A stretch of DNA of 31,249 nucleotides. Origin: Saprospiraceae bacterium (GTDB lineage: Bacteria; Bacteroidota; Bacteroidia; Chitinophagales; Saprospiraceae). The DNA is taken from NCBI GenBank assembly GCA_025455635.1, contig JALOMF010000003.1, forward strand, positions 1 to 31,249. Reading direction: 5' to 3'. Numbering within the stretch: position 1 is the first letter of the stretch; each line of letters opens with the position of its first letter. This document shows positions 1-8,482 of this stretch, in pieces. Position numbers and translations under genes: made by a program. The notes under the pieces were generated by a model, which worked only from the letters and a program-made list of their open reading frames with translations, was not told the origin of the DNA and searched no databases.

Positions 1-1086
1 ATCCTGTTGGTGAGCCACCAGTTGACGCAGAAAATCATGCTGGCTGCGCCAACGGGCCGGGCCGCCAAGCGCATGTCGGAGATAACGGGCTTGAAGGCGA
101 GCACCATCCACAGCCTGCTGGAATTCGATTTCAGCATCAACGGCTTCAAGCGCAACCGGGAGAACCCGCTCGACTGCGACCTGCTCATCGTGGACGAGGC
201 GAGCATGATTGACACGGTGCTGATGTTCAACCTGCTGAAGGCCGTGCCGACCACGGCGAGGCTGGTGCTGGTCGGCGACGTGGACCAGTTGCCGAGCGTG
301 GGTGCGGGCAGCGTGCTGCAAGATTTGATTTTGAGCGAAAAAATACCGACGACCCGCCTCACGGAGATTTTCCGGCAGGCCGCCGCCAGCAAAATCATCA
401 CCAACGCCCACCGCATCAACGCTGGGGAATACCCCGACCTGAGCAACGACAAAGGCGGCGACTTTTTTTTCATGGAAGAGGAAGACCCCGACAAGCTCAC
501 CGACCTCATCGTGAACCTCGTGGACAGCCGCCTGCCCAAGGCTTATGGTTTCGATTCCTTCGACGATATTCAGGTGCTGGCCCCCATGAACCGGGGCACC
601 ATCGGCAACCGCAATTTGAACGATATTTTGCAGAAAAAGCTGAACCCCAGCTACGACCCGCTGGTGAAGATGGGCCGCAGTTTCCACGAGGACGACAAGG
701 TGATGCAAATCAAGAACAACTACGACAAGGACGTTTACAATGGCGACGTGGGCCGCATCAAGAAGATTGACAAGGTAGAGCAGGAGGTGGTGGTGCTTTT
801 TGATGGCCGGGAGGTCTTCTACGACTTCACCGAGCTGGACGAACTGACGCTGGCCTACGCCGTGAGCATCCATAAATACCAGGGCAGCGAGTGCCCCTGC
901 GTGGTGATGCCGCTGGTGATGGGCCACTATATGATGCTCTACCGCAACCTGATTTATACAGGCATCACGAGGGGGAAAAAGCTGGTCATCCTCGTCGGCT
1001 CGAAGAAGGCATTGGCAATGGCGGTGAAGAACGACAAGGCAGTGAAGCGGTTTACGGGGTTGGGGGAGGTGATGCGGGGAAAATAG
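1..1086 (+). CDS. recD2: ATP-dependent RecD2-like SF1B DNA helicase, C-terminal part (5' end outside window)
   Basis: Frame open from base 1. Motifs [58 protein letters not shown]. Confidence 0.95.
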   Translation: MLLVSHQLTQKIMLAAPTGRAAKRMSEITGLKASTIHSLLEFDFSINGFKRNRENPLDCDLLIVDEASMIDTVLMFNLLKAVPTTARLVLVGDVDQLPSVGAGSVLQDLILSEKIPTTRLTEIFRQAAASKIITNAHRINAGEYPDLSNDKGGDFFFMEEEDPDKLTDLIVNLVDSRLPKAYGFDSFDDIQVLAPMNRGTIGNRNLNDILQKKLNPSYDPLVKMGRSFHEDDKVMQIKNNYDKDVYNGDVGRIKKIDKVEQEVVVLFDGREVFYDFTELDELTLAYAVSIHKYQGSECPCVVMPLVMGHYMMLYRNLIYTGITRGKKLVILVGSKKALAMAVKNDKAVKRFTGLGEVMRGK

Positions 1087-1095
1087 TTTTTCTCG

Positions 1096-1103
1096 TAACT
1101 TTG
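1096..1103 (+). promoter_or_regulatory. Bacteroidota sigma-A -7 element (TAACTTTG) upstream of the ATPase
   Basis: Exact TAnnTTTG match 22 nt before ATG 1126. Confidence 0.7.
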
Positions 1104-1125
1104 GCCTTCAAGCAATTGCAATAAC

Positions 1126-2367
1126 ATGAAAATCAGCAAGATAAAAATCAGCAAGTTCCACCAGTTCGAGGATTTTGAACTGGACTTGACTTATCCGAAG
1201 GGACATGAGAAAGCAGGGAAGCCGCTGGACAAGGTTTGCTTTATTGGGCAAAGTGGTACGGGGAAGACGACGTTGTTGGAGATGATAAGAAAGGTTTGTC
1301 TTCCAGCAGGTTCAATTAATTTTGCACCAGATTGGTTAGTATTTGAAGATAAGCAAGGAGCTGAGTTCGCATTAACGGATGAATCAAAAGATTTACGTAT
1401 TATTCTAATTAAAAATAATTTTCCTACCGACCCCAATGGCATTGCTCATAGTGGCGAGAGGTTACTTTATTTTCCAGCAGGATTGGCGAGCTTAGAGTTT
1501 AACCAAAAGGCAAATGAAAATGAAGTCATTAATATTGAAAAGGATAGGGCTGAAGAAGCAAATTTTAGAATCAACTTAACGAGACAAATTGAAGATGGGA
1601 AAAACGGTGTAGACTTAAAAACTGAAATTGATAACTGGAAAAAAGATAACCCTAACCCTGCTGAAATTGTGGCAAATGAGTGTTTAGATATACTATTAAA
1701 TAAATTTTTCCTCTCAGTTAAAACTCAAATAGACGACGTAAGAGAAACAGAAATTTTGCCTATTAGGTCTTTAAACAATAACTCGACTATATCATATGAA
1801 ACTTTAAGCACTGGAACAAAACAAGTAATTTATACTGCCTTCCCCATTTACCAATTATTAGAAGACGACAGCATCGTATTAATGGACGAGCCAGAAACCT
1901 CATTATATCCAGATATACAGCGGGAAATTATCCCTTATTATACCTCCTTTGACAAGAACAAAACCTCGCAGTTTTTCTTTGCCACGCACTCGCCCATCAT
2001 TGCCTCGGCGTTCGAGCCTTGGGAGATTGTGGAATTGAAGTTTGATGAGAAGGGGAAGGTTTATCGTCAAGAATATTATCCCAAAGAATTGGAAAACCAT
2101 GTGGATAATTACAAGATAGACGCACGGTATTTGCGTTGGGATGATATACTAACTAAAGTATTTGATTTACCATTTGACAGCAATGCTGATTTTAGGGCAA
2201 GTAAACTGACAGAATACACGATATTGAAGAACAAAATAAAAACACTCCGTGAAGAAGGAAAACTAAACAACCCGACCAAAGAAACACAACAAATTATAGA
2301 AGATTTCCAAAAAGCAGAAACATTGCTCACTGGAAGTTGGGAATATAGGCGCCATGAGAAAAATTGA
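1126..2367 (+). CDS. ABC/AAA_15-AAA_21-type ATPase, putative anti-phage defence ATPase (Septu PtuA-like)
   Basis: Walker A GQSGTGKT near the N-terminus, signature-like LSTGTKQ, Walker B/D-loop VLMDEPETSLYP, H-loop FATHSP. AT-rich; overlaps the downstream HNH gene by 14 nt. Confidence 0.85.
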   Translation: MKISKIKISKFHQFEDFELDLTYPKGHEKAGKPLDKVCFIGQSGTGKTTLLEMIRKVCLPAGSINFAPDWLVFEDKQGAEFALTDESKDLRIILIKNNFPTDPNGIAHSGERLLYFPAGLASLEFNQKANENEVINIEKDRAEEANFRINLTRQIEDGKNGVDLKTEIDNWKKDNPNPAEIVANECLDILLNKFFLSVKTQIDDVRETEILPIRSLNNNSTISYETLSTGTKQVIYTAFPIYQLLEDDSIVLMDEPETSLYPDIQREIIPYYTSFDKNKTSQFFFATHSPIIASAFEPWEIVELKFDEKGKVYRQEYYPKELENHVDNYKIDARYLRWDDILTKVFDLPFDSNADFRASKLTEYTILKNKIKTLREEGKLNNPTKETQQIIEDFQKAETLLTGSWEYRRHEKN

Positions 2368-3052
2368 AAAAAGCTGTGACCTTTCAATTGCCTACAAAAC
2401 TTGGGTAGATACCTATGAGGCAAATGGTCAACTGCACGAAAAGTACACGTCGAATGGTAAATATTACGGAGATGTTATCATGCAACTCTACCGCTGCCAG
2501 TTTGGTCTTTGTGCTTATACCGAACTTTTCTTGTGCAGCCCTAAGTATTTCCAAGATAATCATTGGGTAAATGGGCGATACTCCTCGCCAATCCCTAAAA
2601 TTGACAGGCGAGGGACTTTGGAGCATTTTGACCCTGCCCTGAAAAAAGGCAAAGGTTGGCTCTGGGAAAATTTCTTTATTGTTGACTATGAAACAAATAG
2701 CTCGATAGTGAAAGGAGCCAAAAAAATTGACGCTATTCTAAAGCCTGATAGTGATGCTTATGACCCCTTTGTATTGCTGGATTATGATGCCTAAGAACAC
2801 CAATATTTACCCAACGAGGAACTGAACAATGACGAGCAAAAACTGAGGATTCGGGCGATGTTGTCAACGCTTGGAATTGATAGGATACCGCACATCAGGC
2901 GAAATTACTTGAGAAATAAATTTTCATTGATTTATTATGGGGCAAAAACATGGGACAACGTCGAAATCACACAATTCCCAACTGCATTTGCCATGTGCAG
3001 AATGAAAGTTGAAAATGGAGAAATTGCCTTGGAAGACCTTGTCTCGGTTTAG
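2354..3052 (+). pseudogene. HNH endonuclease (PtuB/TIGR02646-like) interrupted by an in-frame TAA at 2792-2794
   Basis: ORFs 2354..2794 and 2858..3052 share a frame, separated by one TAA, and the linker reads open (EHQYLPNEELNNDEQKLRIRA). Motifs QFGLCAYTE, TLEHFDP, WENF..ETN..KG. Confidence 0.7.
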
Positions 3053-3087
3053 CCAAGCATAGACAATCAACATTTTATGCAAGAGTC

Positions 3088-3116
3088 GAATTTTGAAGAC
3101 ACTGTCTTCAAAATTC
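3088..3116 (+). terminator. Perfect 13-bp hairpin after the ATPase-HNH operon
   Basis: gaattttgaagac-act-gtcttcaaaattc; no strong U-tract follows. Confidence 0.5.
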
Positions 3117-3205
3117 AAATAGGCAATATTTAAGCCTTGTAGATTGCTTTAAAATCAGGGCGATTCCCTACCTTCACCCCACCTTCTCACCAAACCCAAC
3201 CTACT

Positions 3206-4021
3206 ATGAAAAAGAACACACACACCCGCCGCACCGAGGAGTTGAAGGCCGAAAACGAACTCAAGGCCCTCGACCTCGAACTCACCTACGGCGCTCAGAT
3301 GATGCACATCTCCGACGACGCCCCGCCAGAAATCATCGCTGCTTGGCTCGACAACGTGAAGCGCTACGAAGAGCAGTACGCCAATGCGCCGAAAATCCCG
3401 ATTTATGAGTTCATCGGCAAGCCGGAAATAAAGCCGCTGGACAGCTTGAAACCGGAAGAAATCGAGCCGGAAATCGAGCGGCTGCTGGCCTTGATGCAAG
3501 AAAAATCAGTGCTCACCGACCGCCCGGAACACCTTTCGCCACAGCGTTATTACCGCTTTTTAACCGAAGAATTCATGCAGCACCCGATGACCGACCATGC
3601 TGCGCCGGGCATGATGCACTTCTTCAATTACGAGGAATTTCACCACGATGGGCCGGAGTTCATCGAACTGCACGTCTCCGAGTTCCTGCTCGACCTGCTC
3701 AACCTTGGCCGGGACTTCGAGGGACTGTGGCTCAGCGAAAACTGCCGGGACGACCACGACGCCATCTCCAAGGCCGAGGTCATGCTGCGCTGCAACACTT
3801 TCCGGGCCATGCACCGGGACTTGAAGCCTATTGGTTTTAAAGCGGAAAAAGCGGAAATCCACAGCGGCACGATGTACCTGTTCTTTGGCATTGCATGGGA
3901 GGCGGAGCCAATGGCGAGCAAGGAAAAACAGCGGCACGAAGGCTTGGGCGTCGCTCAACTGGGCTGGGAGGACGGCGAATGGCTCGTGCAAGGGGTGAAT
4001 ATGCCGGGGTTTGCATTTTGA
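3206..4021 (+). CDS. Hypothetical cytoplasmic protein
   Basis: 271-aa ORF with host-like codon usage, acidic, no signal peptide, no motif I can name. Confidence 0.85.
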   Translation: MKKNTHTRRTEELKAENELKALDLELTYGAQMMHISDDAPPEIIAAWLDNVKRYEEQYANAPKIPIYEFIGKPEIKPLDSLKPEEIEPEIERLLALMQEKSVLTDRPEHLSPQRYYRFLTEEFMQHPMTDHAAPGMMHFFNYEEFHHDGPEFIELHVSEFLLDLLNLGRDFEGLWLSENCRDDHDAISKAEVMLRCNTFRAMHRDLKPIGFKAEKAEIHSGTMYLFFGIAWEAEPMASKEKQRHEGLGVAQLGWEDGEWLVQGVNMPGFAF

Positions 4022-4101
4022 ACATTTTCTTCATGCAGTAAAACCCCCATTGGGACGCAATGACCTTCAGTTTTTTATGCTATATGTTGCGCAATTCCCC
4101 T

Positions 4102-4109
4102 TATTTTTG
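4102..4109 (+). promoter_or_regulatory. -7 element (TATTTTTG) upstream of alkB
   Basis: TAnnTTTG match 23 nt before ATG 4133. Confidence 0.55.
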
Positions 4110-4132
4110 TCCAATCAAACCACGACCACACC

Positions 4133-5182
4133 ATGCTTCGAGACGCAAAATACCTGATAGCCTACTTGCTGCCGACTGCCACTTACGTGGCGGTGCTATG
4201 GCAGGGCATTTGGTCATTTTCGACTTTAATCCTCGCATTTGGCATACTGCCTTTGCTGGAGCAGTTCCTTGGCGGAAGCCCCGTCAACCTAACGGCGGAG
4301 GAGGAAACGGAGAAAAACGCCTCGCCCTTCTTCGACGTACTGCTTTACCTCAACCTACCCATACTTTACGGCCTGCTTTGGTTGTATCTGGACGTGGTGA
4401 CGGATGGTGGCCTCGCCATTTGGGAGACTGCGGGCCTGGCTTTGAGCATGGGCATCACGGTGGGCAGCATCGGCATCAATGTGGCCCACGAACTTGGCCA
4501 CCGCCAAAGCCTCCATGAAACGCTGATGGCAAAGGTCATGCTCACGGCGGCGCTCTACACCCATTTCAACATCGAGCACAACCGGGGGCACCACCGATGG
4601 GTCGCCACTGACGAAGACCCCTCCAGCGCAAGGCCCGGCGAGTCGCTGTACCACTTCTGGTTCCGCTCCGTGACGGGCACTTACCTCAAGGCTTGGCACC
4701 TCGAAAACGACCGCCTACGGCAAATTGGCAAACCCGTTTTATCCATTCACAACGAAATGATATGGTTCCAAATCGCTCATTTGGCCTACCTCGCCTTGGT
4801 CTGGTGGGCCTTCGGGTGGGCAGGCGTGGGCTTTGCGGTGCTGGCAGCCGTGCTGGGGTTCCTCCTGCTCGAAACGGTCAACTACATCGAGCATTACGGC
4901 CTTCGGCGCAAGCGCATGGCCAATGGTTTTTACGAGACCGTGTCGCCTAGGCACTCCTGGAACTCTGACCACGAACTGGGCCGCATTTTCCTCTACGAAC
5001 TCACCCGGCACAGCGACCACCACTACAAAGCGACCCGCAAATACCAGGTGCTGCGACACTTCGACGAAAGCCCGCAGCTGCCGCATGGCTACCCTGCCAC
5101 GATGCTGCTAGCACTGGTGCCTCCGCTTTGGTTCAGCGTAATGGACAAACGCACTGAAGTCGGCACTGCAACAGCAGCATGA
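4133..5182 (+). CDS. alkB: Alkane 1-monooxygenase (membrane di-iron hydroxylase)
   Basis: His boxes HELGH, EHNRGHH, NYIEHYGL and LTRHSDHH; several transmembrane segments. Confidence 0.92.
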   Translation: MLRDAKYLIAYLLPTATYVAVLWQGIWSFSTLILAFGILPLLEQFLGGSPVNLTAEEETEKNASPFFDVLLYLNLPILYGLLWLYLDVVTDGGLAIWETAGLALSMGITVGSIGINVAHELGHRQSLHETLMAKVMLTAALYTHFNIEHNRGHHRWVATDEDPSSARPGESLYHFWFRSVTGTYLKAWHLENDRLRQIGKPVLSIHNEMIWFQIAHLAYLALVWWAFGWAGVGFAVLAAVLGFLLLETVNYIEHYGLRRKRMANGFYETVSPRHSWNSDHELGRIFLYELTRHSDHHYKATRKYQVLRHFDESPQLPHGYPATMLLALVPPLWFSVMDKRTEVGTATAA

Positions 5183-5201
5183 ATTTTTGCCGCAGGCACA
5201 C

Positions 5202-5209
5202 TATCTTTG
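5202..5209 (+). promoter_or_regulatory. -7 element (TATCTTTG) upstream of gldH
   Basis: Exact TAnnTTTG match between the alkB stop and the gldH ATG at 5235. Confidence 0.7.
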
Positions 5210-5234
5210 CCTGATACCTAGTCTAAAACTTACC

Positions 5235-5711
5235 ATGCCCATTGTTTCCACCCGTATCGTTATTGCCTTTGCATTACTGTCCTCTATGCTCGTTGCCTGC
5301 AACAGCGACACGATTTTCGATGAAAGCAAGCGCATACCCAATGCCGCATGGGACTACAACCAGCCCCTCCCCTTTGAATTTGAAGTAAGGGACACGACCA
5401 AAACTTACCAAGTCGTGCTGGAAATGACACATGCTGGCGACTTTGGCTACCAGAATTGCTACGTCCAAATCACCACCAAATTTCCCAACGGGGAAGAAAA
5501 AAAACAGCCCGTCAGCCTCGAACTGGCGGCCCAGTCGGGCATCTGGAACGGCGAATGCAGCGGCAATACCTGCACCCTCGAAATACCCCTGCAAACCAAA
5601 GCCAAGTTCAAGCAGCCCGGCAAGCACAGCATCACCGTCGAGCAGTTCATGCGGGTGAACCCACTTCCCGGCATCGAAGCCATTGGCCTGAAAATCAAAC
5701 AATTGGAATGA
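5235..5711 (+). CDS. gldH: Gliding motility lipoprotein GldH
   Basis: Lipobox LVAC; W..........FEF.V.DT, Y.YQNCYV, G.W.G.C.G, EQFMR.NPL.GI..IGL.I pattern. Start moved from 5187 to ATG 5235, downstream of the promoter. Confidence 0.9.
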   Translation: MPIVSTRIVIAFALLSSMLVACNSDTIFDESKRIPNAAWDYNQPLPFEFEVRDTTKTYQVVLEMTHAGDFGYQNCYVQITTKFPNGEEKKQPVSLELAAQSGIWNGECSGNTCTLEIPLQTKAKFKQPGKHSITVEQFMRVNPLPGIEAIGLKIKQLE

Positions 5712-5713
5712 GC

Positions 5714-5798
5714 GGTTTAGGAAGTTGAGCAGGTTTAGGAGGTTTATGAAGCACCCAACTAAACCTTCTAAACCCTTCTAAACCTCCCTAAACCTCCG
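5714..5798. repeat. Tandem 9/10-mer palindrome (ggtttagga)n ... (ctaaacct)n
   Basis: Left arm ggtttagga agttgagca ggtttagga ggtttatga; right arm ctaaacctt ctaaaccctt ctaaacctc cctaaacctc. Confidence 0.8.
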
Positions 5799-5801
5799 AA
5801 A

Positions 5802-6632
5802 ATGATTAACTTTTTCTCCATCAACGGCGAACTGGTGCCCAAGGAGCAAGCCGCCCTCGGCGTCACCGACCTGGCCATCCAGCGGGGCTATGGCCTCTTC
5901 GATTATTTTGTGGTGAAAAAGGGCCAGCCCATCTTCTTCGAGGACTACCTCGACCGCATTGAGCAATCGGCCAAATGGCTGCGGCTGGAGCTTCCGGTCA
6001 CGAGGGAGGAGCTTCGGGTGCAGGTCATGCAGCTCATCCGGGCCAATGGCGAGCAGGAGGCGGGCATCAAAATCATCCTAACGGGCGGCTATTCCGACGA
6101 TGGATACTCCCCCGAAAAATGCAACCTCGTCATCCTCGAAATGCCGCCGCCGAGCTACCCGGCCAGCAAGTTTGAGCAGGGAGTGAAGCTCATGCTGTAC
6201 GAGTACCACCGCACCTTTCCCAGCGCCAAGACCATCAACTACCTCGTGGGGATTTATTTGCTGCCGCAACAACGGGCCGCCAATGCCGAAGACGTGCTTT
6301 TCCATTCCGAAGGCCATCTCTACGAGACCACCCGTGCCAATTTTTTCATCGTCACCAAGGACAATACCATCGTCACGGCCAGCGAGGGCATCCTGCACGG
6401 CATCACCCGGAAGCACCTGCTACGCTTGGCCCGCCACCACTACGCCGTGGAGGAGCGCCGACCCACCCTCGAAGAGCTGCACACGGCCAAGGAAGCGTTC
6501 ATCAGCAGCAGCACCCGGCTGCTCATGCCCGTGGTGCAGGTGGACGATGTGATGATTGGGGATGGAAAGCCCGGCCCCCGGCATTTGCTGGAGTTGATGA
6601 AAGAGGAAGTGGAGCGTTATCTCGAAAGCTAA
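5802..6632 (+). CDS. PLP-dependent aminotransferase class IV (branched-chain/D-amino acid transaminase-like)
   Basis: RGYGLFD, AKTINYL (PLP lysine), ETTRANFF, ILHGITR, EAFISSS. Confidence 0.9.
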   Translation: MINFFSINGELVPKEQAALGVTDLAIQRGYGLFDYFVVKKGQPIFFEDYLDRIEQSAKWLRLELPVTREELRVQVMQLIRANGEQEAGIKIILTGGYSDDGYSPEKCNLVILEMPPPSYPASKFEQGVKLMLYEYHRTFPSAKTINYLVGIYLLPQQRAANAEDVLFHSEGHLYETTRANFFIVTKDNTIVTASEGILHGITRKHLLRLARHHYAVEERRPTLEELHTAKEAFISSSTRLLMPVVQVDDVMIGDGKPGPRHLLELMKEEVERYLES

Positions 6633-6637
6633 TGCAT

Positions 6638-6696
6638 GTACCGGAACCCCGGTTCCCTGTGTCAATCTATCCACCGGAACGGGGGTTTCGGTGTAC
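6638..6696. terminator. Imperfect GC-rich inverted repeat between convergent genes
   Basis: gtaccggaaccccggttccctgtg ... caccggaacgggggtttcggtgtac fills the gap between the two stop codons. Confidence 0.5.
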
Positions 6697-6698
6697 GG

Positions 6699-8303
6699 TT
6701 ACAGTACCGTCAAATCAATAAACTCCAACTGCTCCGGGAAGTCCGTCGTGAAGTGCAGGCCCCGGCTCTCCCGCCGCATGGCTGCCGAGCGGGTGATGAG
6801 GTAGGCGATGGTGATGAGGTTGCGAAGCTCACAGAGCTGCGGCGAAATGGTCGTCTTGTGGTAAAGTTCCTCCGTTTCTTTGTACAACAAATAAAGGCGG
6901 TCGCTGGCACGCTGGAGGCGCTCGTTGGAGCGCACGATGCCCACGTAGTAGCTCATCACATCCTTCAATTCCTTCATGCTTTGGGTAATGAGAATCAACT
7001 CCTTGGGGTCGGTAGTACCCTGTGCATTCCAGTCTGGGATGGCAGTAGTTGGCAGTTTTGTACCGTCTATTTTCTCCCGAACATCCAAGTAGATACGGTG
7101 GGCGAAAACCATTGCTTCCAGCAGGGAATTGGAGGCGAGACGATTGGCGCCGTGGAGGCCCGTGCAGGTACATTCGCCAGCGGCGTAAAGGCGGTTGATG
7201 CTCGTGCGGCCTATCTCGTCGGTCATGATGCCGCCGCACATGTAGTGGCAGGCGGGCGTCACGGGTATCATGGCCGTCATCGGGTCAATGCCGATGCTCA
7301 GGCATTTTTCATAAATAGTGGGAAAATGCGCCACAAAAGCCTCCTTGTCGAGGTGGCGGCAGTCGAGGTACATGTGCTCGGCGCCCTGGATTTTCATCTC
7401 CCGGTCAATGGCCCTCGCCACGATGTCACGGGGAGCAAGGCTGCCCCGCTCGTCGTATTTTTTCATGAACTCCTCGCCCTGCGGGGTCTTCAGCACGCCG
7501 CCAAAACCACGCACCGCCTCCGATACGAGGAAGGAGGGGTTGTCGCCAGCCGGGTTGTAGAGCGCCGTCGGATGGAACTGCACGAACTCCATGTTCTGGA
7601 TGCGCCCCTTTGCCCGATAGACCATCGCCATGCCGTCGCCGGTGGCAATGACGGGGTTGGTGGTATTGCGATAGACCTGCCCTGCCCCGCCCGTGGCCAG
7701 CACGGTCATGCGGGCGAGCAGCGTCTCGATTTCGCCCGTCTGTTTGTTCAGGGCATAGGCGCCGTAGCACTCGATGCCGGGCGTCACCCTCGTGACGGTA
7801 TGCCCCAAGTGGTGCTGCGTGATGATGTCAATGGCAAAATAGTGCTCCAGCACCGTGATGTTCGGCGTGAGGTCGGCCTGTGCGCTGAGGGTGCGCTGCA
7901 TCTCCCAGCCCGTGAGGTCTTTGTAGTGCAGGATGCGGTTTTCGGAGTGGCCGCCCTCCTTGGCGAGGTCGTAGGCTTCGCCCTTGTTTTTGTCGAAACG
8001 GGCGCCCCAGTCAATGATTTCCTGCACCCGGTCGGGGCCTTCCTTGACCACGATTTCCACGATGTTTTTGTCGCAAAGCCCGTCACCAGCGATGAGCGTG
8101 TCCTCGATATGCTTCTGGTAGCTGTCCGTTTTGAAATCCCAAACGGCGGCCACACCGCCCTGTGCGTAGCGGGTGTTGCTCTCGGTCTCGTTGGTCTTGG
8201 TGAGCACGGTGATGTTCAGGTCGGGGCGCTCTTGCGCAATTTTGAGGGCAAAGGTCAGCCCGGCGATGCCAGAACCAAGCACGAGTATGTCGCTTTGAAT
8301 CAT
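6699..8303 (-). CDS. nadB: L-aspartate oxidase
   Basis: GSGIAGL, SNTRYAQGGVAA, EGGHSENRILH, EFVQFHPT, LVSEAVRG, HYMCGG, LHGANRLASNSLLE, RESRGLHF. Start taken at MIQSD (8303). Confidence 0.96.
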   Translation of the reverse strand: MIQSDILVLGSGIAGLTFALKIAQERPDLNITVLTKTNETESNTRYAQGGVAAVWDFKTDSYQKHIEDTLIAGDGLCDKNIVEIVVKEGPDRVQEIIDWGARFDKNKGEAYDLAKEGGHSENRILHYKDLTGWEMQRTLSAQADLTPNITVLEHYFAIDIITQHHLGHTVTRVTPGIECYGAYALNKQTGEIETLLARMTVLATGGAGQVYRNTTNPVIATGDGMAMVYRAKGRIQNMEFVQFHPTALYNPAGDNPSFLVSEAVRGFGGVLKTPQGEEFMKKYDERGSLAPRDIVARAIDREMKIQGAEHMYLDCRHLDKEAFVAHFPTIYEKCLSIGIDPMTAMIPVTPACHYMCGGIMTDEIGRTSINRLYAAGECTCTGLHGANRLASNSLLEAMVFAHRIYLDVREKIDGTKLPTTAIPDWNAQGTTDPKELILITQSMKELKDVMSYYVGIVRSNERLQRASDRLYLLYKETEELYHKTTISPQLCELRNLITIAYLITRSAAMRRESRGLHFTTDFPEQLEFIDLTVL

Positions 8304-8312
8304 GATAGAAAA

Positions 8313-8344
8313 CGGTGGACGGCTTACGGCGGACGGCATTCGGC
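8313..8344. repeat. Heptamer array (cggtgga/cggctta family) in the nadB 5' leader
   Basis: cggtgga cggctta cggcgga cggcatt cggc; same units as at 16053-16128. Confidence 0.75.
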
Positions 8345-8379
8345 TCGTCGCTGCACAAGGCCGCTGTTTTTTAAGGAGG

Positions 8380-8387
8380 CAAAGTTA
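8380..8387 (-). promoter_or_regulatory. -7 element (TAACTTTG) for nadB
   Basis: caaagtta on the + strand is TAACTTTG on the - strand. Confidence 0.7.
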
Positions 8388-8482
8388 CGAAGGCTTGCAC
8401 CTAAGTTTACGATGGCTTTTGTATTTCAAAAAGCGTCACTACATTTAGCCGGATATTTTTCACCAACCAAAAATTCGAAAGC

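Noticed and set aside
1087-1125. Retron ncRNA/RT upstream of the ATPase-HNH pair
   Set aside because: The gap is 39 nt, holds only a promoter box, and no RT motif (YADD-like) occurs in the window.
1126-2367. PARIS, OLD or Gabija assignment
   Set aside because: No TOPRIM motif in the ATPase or its partner, and no UvrD-type partner in the operon; the partner is HNH-like. The upstream recD2 looks like a host gene with host codon usage.
2792-2794. Recoded stop (selenocysteine, pyrrolysine or alternative genetic code)
   Set aside because: The codon is TAA, which terminates other genes here (e.g. 6630-6632).
2858-3052. Independent 64-aa gene
   Set aside because: In frame with the upstream HNH and the intervening codons are open; better explained as its C-terminus, though re-initiation is not excluded.
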